NCBI GenBank assembly: GCA_963762015.1
Contig: CAVXJL010000002.1
Coordinates: 469,171-533,170 of the forward strand
Source: an uncultured Actinomycetota bacterium
GTDB taxonomy: Bacteria; Actinomycetota; UBA4738; HRBIN12
Direction of reading: 5' to 3'
DNA: 64,000 bases
Shown: piece by piece, positions 49,405 through 55,853 of the stretch
How positions within the stretch are numbered: position 1 is the stretch's first letter
Layout: the number at the start of each line of letters is the position of its first letter
Made by a program: the position numbers and the translations under genes
The notes under the pieces: generated by a model
What the model saw: the letters and a program-made list of their open reading frames with translations, nothing else
Databases searched by the model: none
What the model was told of the DNA's origin: nothing

Positions 49405-49786
49405 GTGGAGCTCCGCGAGCTGATCCTCGTCGCGCTGCCCTTCATCGTGGCGATCACGCTCGGCGTGGGGTTCCTGTTGGTCTTCCGCGAGCGCGCGGCG
49501 GCGCACGAGGTGCTGCGCCGACGCGCCCAGCTCGCGGAACCGGACTCGCCACGCCGCTCCGCGACCCGAAGCCGCCGGAACGCCCGTGGTGGGGCAATCC
49601 GTGGCTGTGGCTTGCCTCGGCGTGGGGTTCGTCGTGCTCGGGATCTTCGTGTGGCCGGGACTGTTCGGCGGCACGTTCTTCTTCCTGCCATTCATCTGGG
49701 TCTGGCGTCCCCGGCGAGGTGGTGAGGTCGATCCCCGAACCAACGGCCACGAGAAGCGAGAGAACCCCAGTTCCCTGGGCGGCTGA
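49405..49786 (+). pseudogene. Small membrane protein, copy 1, two frame breaks
   Basis: Relative to copy 2 there is a 1-nt deletion at 49544/49545 (GGACTCG vs GGATCTCG) and another at 49615-49616 (GCCTCGG vs GCCCTCAG). The C-terminal part is recovered in track ORF 49586..49786. Confidence 0.55.
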
Positions 49787-49890
49787 ACCGTGGATCGCAT
49801 CGGAGACCGGATCGGTGAGTCTGCTCATCGAGTTCCTCGAAGCTATCACGAACGTGATGCTCGGCAGTCGAGGAAGGGGGCGGGGCCGGA

Positions 49891-49963
49891 ATGTTCATCC
49901 TGGCAGCCAACATCGTGGTGGATGTCGCGTACGCGTTCCTCGATCCACGCGTCCGGTACTGAG
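49891..49963 (+). pseudogene. Relic 3' fragment of the DppB-like permease gene at the duplication junction
   Basis: ATGTTCATCCTGGCAGCCAACATCGTGGTGGATGTCGCGTACGCGTTCCTCGATCCACGCGTCCGGTACTGA encodes MFILAANIVVDVAYAFLDPRVRY*. This is the same as 46278-46349 with one synonymous change, and no upstream gene body is present. Confidence 0.8.
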
Positions 49964-50106
49964 GCACGTCGCCGAGGAGGCCTCCCCCGGAGGCGTTCCC
50001 GTAGGACGATGGCCGGGTCGCCCCTATCCGGCGGATGTCGCATACTGGCGAGCTGAACGTGGTGCAGGAGCCGTCGCCCACGCCGACGGCCGAGCGAGGA
50101 GGGGAC

Positions 50107-51543
50107 ATGGCGGACGCCTACCAGATGTTCATCAACGGCGAATGGGTGAACTCGTCGGACGGACAGACCCGCGACGTGATCAACCCGGCGACCGGCGAGG
50201 TGCTGGCCACCGTCCAAGAGGGCACCAAGGAGGATGCGGATCGTGCCGTCGCAGCCGCGAGGCAGGCGTTCGAGGGCGACTGGTTCGATTCCACGCCGAA
50301 GGACCGGCAGCTCGCGCTGCTCAAGTTCGCCGACGCGATCGAGGAGAACGCCGACGAGATCGTCAAGCTGGAGGCGCAGAACGTCGGCAAGCCGGCTGCC
50401 GTGACGCTGTCGGAGGAGATCCCGCCGATCGTCGACAACCTCCGGTTCTTCGCCGGCGCTGCGAGGACGATGGAGGGCAGGGCGGCCGGAGAGTACATGG
50501 CCGGGTTCACCAGTTACGTCCGGCGTGAGCCCATCGGCGTCGCCGGACTGATCGCGCCGTGGAACTACCCGCTGATGATGGCGATCTGGAAGATCGGTCC
50601 CGCCCTCGCCACTGGGAACACGATCGTGCTGAAGCCCTCGGAGATGACGCCGCTCACGGCGCTCAAGCTGGCTGAGCTCACCGCCGACATCCTGCCGCCC
50701 GGCGTCTTCAACGTGGTGACGGGCGACGGCATCCCCGTCGGCGACACGATCGTGCGGCACGCCGACGTCGGGATCGTGTCGCTCACCGGCGACACGGCGA
50801 CCGGCAAGCTGATCGCGGCGAACTCCGCCGAGACGCTGAAGCGGGTGCACCTCGAGCTCGGCGGCAAGGCCCCGTTCATCGTCTTCGACGACGCCGACAT
50901 GGAGCAGGTCGTCGAGTTCATCAAGATCGGTGGCTACTTCAACTCCGGCCAGGACTGCACCGCCTCCGCGCGGATCCTGGTGGGGTCGGGCGCCTACGAC
51001 GACGTTCTCGCGGAGCTCGTCCCGGCGGTCGAGTCGATCAAGGTCGGCGATCCGTTCTCGGACGACACGGAGATGGGCTCGATGGTCTCGAAAGAGCAGC
51101 TCGAACGGGTCACCGGGTTCGTGCAGCGGGCCGAAGAGGCCGGCGGCAAGGTCCTGACCGGTGGCAAGGCGATCGACCAGCAGGGCTACTGGTACACCCC
51201 CACGATCGTGAGCGAGGTCGGCCAGGACTCCGAGATCATCCAGAAGGAGGTCTTCGGTCCGGTCGTCACGGTGCAGCGCTTCGATGATGAGGAGCAGGCC
51301 CTCACGTGGGCGAACGACGTGCCCTACGGGTTGTCGAGCTCCGTGTGGACCCGTGATGTGGGCCGTGCGCACCGGATGGCACGCAAGCTCCAGTTCGGCT
51401 GCGTGTGGATCAACACCCACATCCCGCTCACCCCGGAGATGCCGCACGGCGGGTACAAGCAGTCCGGCCACGGCAAGGACATGTCGGTCTACTCGCTCGA
51501 GGACTACACCAACATCAAGCACGTGATGGTGTCGCTCGACTAA
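50107..51543 (+). CDS. Aldehyde dehydrogenase A, copy 2 (intact; aminobutyraldehyde/betaine-aldehyde DH-like)
   Basis: 478 aa starting at the ATG at 50107 ([14 protein letters not shown]...). Motifs present: [28 protein letters not shown] and EVFGPV. Confidence 0.9.
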   Translation: MADAYQMFINGEWVNSSDGQTRDVINPATGEVLATVQEGTKEDADRAVAAARQAFEGDWFDSTPKDRQLALLKFADAIEENADEIVKLEAQNVGKPAAVTLSEEIPPIVDNLRFFAGAARTMEGRAAGEYMAGFTSYVRREPIGVAGLIAPWNYPLMMAIWKIGPALATGNTIVLKPSEMTPLTALKLAELTADILPPGVFNVVTGDGIPVGDTIVRHADVGIVSLTGDTATGKLIAANSAETLKRVHLELGGKAPFIVFDDADMEQVVEFIKIGGYFNSGQDCTASARILVGSGAYDDVLAELVPAVESIKVGDPFSDDTEMGSMVSKEQLERVTGFVQRAEEAGGKVLTGGKAIDQQGYWYTPTIVSEVGQDSEIIQKEVFGPVVTVQRFDDEEQALTWANDVPYGLSSSVWTRDVGRAHRMARKLQFGCVWINTHIPLTPEMPHGGYKQSGHGKDMSVYSLEDYTNIKHVMVSLD

Positions 51544-51594
51544 GAGCGACGCGACACGGGTATCGGTGGTGCGGGGCGAAAGGCGGTGGATGAG

Positions 51595-53022
51595 ATGACG
51601 GTCCGACCCTTCCTGGTGAACGGCGAGTGGCGCACGGGCGAGGGCACGTTCGAGGTCCACAGCCCCTACGACGACAGCGTCGTCGCCGAGATCGGTGTGC
51701 CGACCGAGGCCGACGTCGAGGAAGCGGCGGCCACGGCGCACGAGACCTTCAAGGAGTCGGCGAAGCTCCCGATCCACGCTCGTTCGGAAGCGCTCGATCA
51801 CGTCTCGAAGCGCCTCGGTGAGACGATCGAAGAGAACGCGAAGCTGATCGCGCAGGAAGGCGGCAAGCCGCTCAAGTGGGCCACCGTCGAGGCGACGCGC
51901 GCCGTCTCGACGTTCCGCTGGGCCTCGGAGGTGATCCGCCACGGGGACGACGAGCTCATGCGCCTCGATACGGAAGCGGCGCTCGGCTCCCGGGTCGGCC
52001 TCATCCGGCGGTTCCCGGTCGGACCCGTCCTCGGCATCACCCCGTTCAACTTCCCGTTGAACCTCGTGGCGCACAAGGTCGCGCCCTCGCTCGCCGTCGG
52101 CGCCCCCATCGTCGTAAAGCCCGCGAGCGCCACCCCGATCGGCTCGCTTCGACTCGCGGAGTTCTTCGCCGAGACCGACCTGCCGAAGGGGATGTACCAG
52201 GTCCTCCCTGTGTCCTCGAAGGTCGCCGACGGCATGGCCCGCGACGACCGGTACCGCAAGATCTCGTTCACGGGCTCAGCGGAGATCGGCTGGTACCTCA
52301 AGGGGCTCGACCCGAAGAAGCGCGTGACGCTCGAGCTCGGCGGGAACGCCGGCGTGATCGTGCACGCGGACGCCGACCTCGACTTCGCCGCCCAGCGCGT
52401 CGCGTACGGCGGCTACTACCAGGCCGGGCAGAGCTGCATCAGCGTCCAGCGGGTGCTGGTGTCCTCCGAGGTCTACGACGACTTCTCGGCGCGTCTCGTG
52501 AAGCAGATCGAGAGCCTGAAGGTCGGCGATCCGATGGACCCGACCGTCGACGTCGGCCCCGTGATCCAGCGGAAAGAGGTGGACCGGCTCTCCGAGTGGG
52601 TGAAGGAAGCCGTGTCGCAGGGCGCCGAGGTGCTCACCGGCGGTCAGGGCGACGGACCGTTCTTCCAGCCGACGCTGCTGTCGAACGTCACGCCCGAGAT
52701 GAAGGTCTGTCGCGAAGAGGTGTTCGGGCCGGTCGTGACGATAAGCCCGTACCAGACCTTCGAGGACGCGCTCAAGATCGTGAACGATTCCAAGTACGGC
52801 CTGCAGGCGGGCGTGTTCACCAACGACATCAACCGCGCGTTCGCGGCGCACCAGGCCCTCGAGGTTGGCGGCATCATCGTCAACGACGTCTCCGCGTTCC
52901 GGGCCGACCAGATGCCGTACGGCGGGTCCAAGGAGTCGGGCTTCGGCCGTGAAGGGCTGAAGTACGCGATGGAGGAGATGACCGAGCCTCGGATCATGGT
53001 GCTCTCCCACATCCCCCTCTAG
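51595..53022 (+). CDS. Aldehyde dehydrogenase B, copy 2 (intact; family assignment within ALDH uncertain)
   Basis: The ATG at 51595 (MTVRPFLVNGEW...) follows AAGGCGGTGGA. The track start GTG at 51586 is also possible. Motifs present: ITPFNFPLNL, LELGGNAG, YYQAGQSCISVQR, EVFGPV and [14 protein letters not shown]. Confidence 0.9.
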   Translation: MTVRPFLVNGEWRTGEGTFEVHSPYDDSVVAEIGVPTEADVEEAAATAHETFKESAKLPIHARSEALDHVSKRLGETIEENAKLIAQEGGKPLKWATVEATRAVSTFRWASEVIRHGDDELMRLDTEAALGSRVGLIRRFPVGPVLGITPFNFPLNLVAHKVAPSLAVGAPIVVKPASATPIGSLRLAEFFAETDLPKGMYQVLPVSSKVADGMARDDRYRKISFTGSAEIGWYLKGLDPKKRVTLELGGNAGVIVHADADLDFAAQRVAYGGYYQAGQSCISVQRVLVSSEVYDDFSARLVKQIESLKVGDPMDPTVDVGPVIQRKEVDRLSEWVKEAVSQGAEVLTGGQGDGPFFQPTLLSNVTPEMKVCREEVFGPVVTISPYQTFEDALKIVNDSKYGLQAGVFTNDINRAFAAHQALEVGGIIVNDVSAFRADQMPYGGSKESGFGREGLKYAMEEMTEPRIMVLSHIPL

Positions 53023-53031
53023 GGAGAGAGC

Positions 53032-53415
53032 GTGGAGCTCCGCGAGCTGATCCTCGTCACGCTGCCGTTCATCGTCGCGATCACGCTCGGCGTAGGGTTC
53101 CTGTTGGTCTTCCGCGAGCGCGCGGCGGCGCACGAGGTGCTGCGCCGACGCGCTCAGCTCGCGGAGCCGGATCTCGCCACACCGCTCCGCGACCCCAAGC
53201 CGCCGGAGCGCCCGTGGTGGGGCAATCCCTGGCTCTGGCTTGCCCTCAGCGTGGGGTTCGTCCTGCTCGGGATCTTCGTATGGCCGGGGCTGTTCGGCGG
53301 CACGTTCTTCTTCCTGCCATTCATCTGGGTCTGGCGCCCCCGCCGCCGTCGTGAGGTCGATCCCCGAACCAACGGCCACGAGAAGCGAGAGAACCCCAGT
53401 TCCCTCGGCGGCTGA
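53032..53415 (+). CDS. Small hydrophobic membrane protein, copy 2 (intact)
   Basis: 127 aa from a GTG 9 nt after the ALDH-B stop. TM segments are LILVTLPFIVAITLGVGFLLVF and WLWLALSVGFVLLGIFVWPGLFGGTFFFLPFIWVW. I recognise no family. Confidence 0.55.
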   Translation: MELRELILVTLPFIVAITLGVGFLLVFRERAAAHEVLRRRAQLAEPDLATPLRDPKPPERPWWGNPWLWLALSVGFVLLGIFVWPGLFGGTFFFLPFIWVWRPRRRREVDPRTNGHEKRENPSSLGG

Positions 53416-53480
53416 ACCGTGGATCGCATGGAGTCCGATCGCTGAGTCTGCTCATCGAGTTCCTCGAAGCCATCACGAAC

Positions 53481-53915
53481 GTGATGCTCGGCGTCGAGGA
53501 AGGGGGCAGGGCCGGACGGATCGGCCGAGCGTCCGATATCGATCCGTTCATCCTCCACCTCATGGATATCGGCGAACCTCATGGGATCGAACGATGCGGC
53601 GGGGATTCCCTCTGTCAGGGTGATGAGGTGCTGGTGTTCGCCGTCGAACCACTCGTCACGCCGGAGCGGAAGGGTCTTGCTGATGTCGCCGTCGGACAAC
53701 TCGAGACCTTCGGGGTCGCGGTCGAGCGGGTGGAACAGCCCTACGAGAGTGTGCTCTCCATCGCGGGGTCGATCGACGGAGCGTGGCTCCAGGCTCGCGT
53801 CGTTGCCTCGCGAGGATGGATCTTCCTCATCACGACTCCTTCAGAGCGAGGATCGCTGCTCGCCGAGCTCGTGGACCGCGCGATCGACGAGATCGAGGGG
53901 TCCTCAGCCAGGTGA
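53481..53915 (+). CDS. Hypothetical protein (start very uncertain)
   Basis: Only the distal part (about 53700-53915, ...VLSIAGSIDGAWLQARVVASRGWIFLITTPSERGSLLAELVDRAIDEIEG) has plus-strand-like third-position GC by my manual count. The proximal part competes with the minus-strand ORF 53154..53699. Confidence 0.3.
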   Translation: MMLGVEEGGRAGRIGRASDIDPFILHLMDIGEPHGIERCGGDSLCQGDEVLVFAVEPLVTPERKGLADVAVGQLETFGVAVERVEQPYESVLSIAGSIDGAWLQARVVASRGWIFLITTPSERGSLLAELVDRAIDEIEGSSAR

Positions 53916-54576
53916 CCTGATCATCCGGTCAGCGAAGTCGCCGACGATGGCGGCGGCTTCACGTTCCCGGCGCCAGAGGTAGTGGTCGGTGCCGTCCAGG
54001 ATCACGACCTCGGCCACGCCCTCTCCGTAGGCGCGGAGCTCATCCGAGGGACTGTACTCGTCGTGCTCACCCGCGAGGAAAAGCAAGCGGACGCTTCAGG
54101 AGCCGGAGCTCCGCCGGTGTCGGCAGCGACGGGAGCGCGAGGTCGTTCGGTCTGAGGGGGATCCCGAACAACGCGAGAGCGCTGACCCGTTCGTCCTCGA
54201 ACGCCTCCCGCAGCGCGACGCTCGCGCCGAACGACCATCCGAACACGAGCGTCGGACCCTCAGCTCGCTCGCACACGGTACCGATCGCGGCTCGCACGTC
54301 ACGTAGCTCGTCGCGGCCGCCGCCGAAGGTCCCGCCCGAGCCCATCGTGCCGCGGAAGTTGAAGAGGAGTGTCGCGAAACTCCGCTTCCCCGCGAGCTCG
54401 TTCCGTACCGACCACAGGACCGGGTGGTCCTTGCTGCCCCCGTGGCGTGGATGGGCGTGGCAGATCACGACCGACCCGCGGGGGGCATCGTCGGGCAGGC
54501 GGAGCTCGCCCTCGAGGCGAACGCCGTCTTCAGTGAGGAACGAAACGGTCTCCACGTCTGCGACGATGCCAGTCAT
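53904..54576 (-). pseudogene. Alpha/beta hydrolase (dienelactone-hydrolase-like) with one frame break
   Basis: The N-part reads MTGIVADVETVSFLTEDGVRLEGELRLPDD...VFGWSFGASVAL (nucleophile elbow G-W-S-F-G)...RLLKRP and stops at 54067. The shifted frame continues LLFLAGEHDEYSP...LDGTDHYLW (track ORF 53904..54086). Removing one A/T at 54085-54086 restores KRPLLFLAGEHD. Confidence 0.7.
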
Positions 54577-55482
54577 GGGGGAGATACGCCAACCGCGCGG
54601 AACGGCCTTCACTATCCGCGACCCGCTGCCGTGGCCTGACGTGGCCGGGATCGCACGGGAAGGCGAGGAGCCTCGATTACGCGGCCGTGTTCCTTCCCGA
54701 GACCGGCGCTCGCGACACGCTCGCCACGTTGAACGGGATCGCAGGGGAGACCGAGCGGTTGCTCCTGGGGACCGGTGTGATCCCGATGGCGAAACAGGAC
54801 TCGCGCCTCGCGGCGATGGCGGCCGCGACGGTCCAGGAGCGGTCCGGTGGTCGGCACATCCTAGGGTGTCGGCACGGGCGGGTCGGCGCCGGGGGCGCTC
54901 GGGCGGCTGGGGGACTACGTGATGGAGATCCGCGACCTGGTGGCCGGCAGCGCCCCCGGCGCCGAGCTCGGGCTCCCGCTCCCGGCTCCCGTCCCGATCT
55001 GGATCGCCGCCCTCGGCCCGAAGGCCGTTCGCCTCGCCGGGGAGATCGCGGACGGCGTGATCCTCAACTGGTGCCCGCCGGAGCGCGTCGCGGAAGCCCG
55101 CGACGCGATCCGGGGAGCGGCCGGCGAGGCCGGCCGCGACCCCGACTCCGTCACGATCGCCGTGTACGTCCGCGCGTCCTTCTCGGGACGCGCGGACGAA
55201 GGCCTGCTGGCCGCCGCCGCCCAGTACGCCTCCTACCCTGCGTACGCCAGGCAGTTCGAGGCGATGGGCGTGGAGCCCTCCCCGGAGGCGGTCGTGGACG
55301 CCGTGTGCCTTCGAGGCGAACCGGATCGGGCGCGCGAGCGCCTCGACGCATATCGCCAAGCCGGAGCGGACCTCCCGGTCGTCTACCCGGTCCTGGCTCC
55401 GGGCGAGGGCGAGAGAGGCCGCGCTGACAGTCCTTCGAGCTCTATCGCCCTGAACCATTGCCGAGCGCTGCCTCGGCGGTAG
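54575..55482 (+). pseudogene. Luciferase-like (LLM class, probably F420-dependent) oxidoreductase with two probable frame breaks
   Basis: The protein is spread over three frames: MGEIRQPRGTAFTIRDPLPWPDVAGIAREGEE | LDYAAVFLPETGARDTLATLNGIAGETERLLLGTGVIPMA...RHILG | VGTGGSAPGALGRLGDYVMEIRDLV...IWIAALGPKAVRLAGEIADGVILNW.... The breaks are at the CC at 54671-54672 and at GGGT at 54864-54867. Confidence 0.65.
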
Positions 55483-55526
55483 ACTCACGTTCGCAAGGTC
55501 GACACCGTGGAAAAGGGGTAAATGGG

Positions 55527-55853
55527 ATGACCTACACGATCGCGGAGCCGTGCATCGACGTGAAGGACCGCGGCTGCGTCGACGAGTGCCCGGTCGACTG
55601 CATCTACGAGGGTCCCCGCATGCTCTACATCCACCCCGACGAGTGCGTCGACTGCGGCGCCTGCGAGCCGGTGTGCCCGGTGACGGCGATCTTCTACGAG
55701 GACGACGTCCCCGCCGAATGGAAGCAGTTCAACGCGATCAACGCGGAGTGGTTCAGCGACGAGATCAGTGGCGTCGGGTCGCCGGGCGGCGCTGCGCAGG
55801 TGGGACCCGCTTCCAAGGATCACCCGGTCGTCGAAGCCTGGGCCTCGCCCTAG
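55527..55853 (+). CDS. fdxA: 7Fe ferredoxin (3Fe-4S + 4Fe-4S)
   Basis: The ATG at 55527 gives MTYTIAEPCIDVKDRGCVDECPVDCIYEG...DECVDCGACEPVCPVTAIFYEDD, the actinobacterial FdxA pattern. Confidence 0.9.
   Translation: MTYTIAEPCIDVKDRGCVDECPVDCIYEGPRMLYIHPDECVDCGACEPVCPVTAIFYEDDVPAEWKQFNAINAEWFSDEISGVGSPGGAAQVGPASKDHPVVEAWASP

Larger units (their letters stand above)
46278..49890. repeat. Tandem duplication, copy 1 (3613 nt)
   Basis: From ATGTTCATCCTGGCAGCC (46278) to ...GGGGCCGGA (49890) this is collinear with 49891-53516. My manual alignment of several hundred nt gives roughly 94-96% identity. Confidence 0.9.
49891..53516. repeat. Tandem duplication, copy 2 (3626 nt)
   Basis: It starts with a duplicated copy of the last 24 codons of the permease gene plus the intergenic leader. 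It ends at GGGCCGGA (53516), after which the sequence is unique. Confidence 0.9.

Noticed and set aside
46278-53516. The possibility that the 3.6-kb repeat is a mobile element or composite transposon.
   Set aside because: The unit encodes only two aldehyde dehydrogenases and a small membrane protein. It has no terminal inverted repeats or target-site duplication. It begins in the middle of a permease codon series. These features fit a simple tandem duplication or an assembly artefact.
53154-53699. A 181-aa minus-strand ORF at the end of duplication copy 2 (with a chimeric counterpart at 49692..50108 in copy 1), considered as a real gene.
   Set aside because: It starts with TTG. More than half of it runs antisense through the hydrophobic small-membrane-protein gene, and that part of the translation is Arg/Ser/Pro-rich. 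Only the first ~40 codons show coding-like composition. I kept it as an ambiguity in the findings rather than as a called feature.
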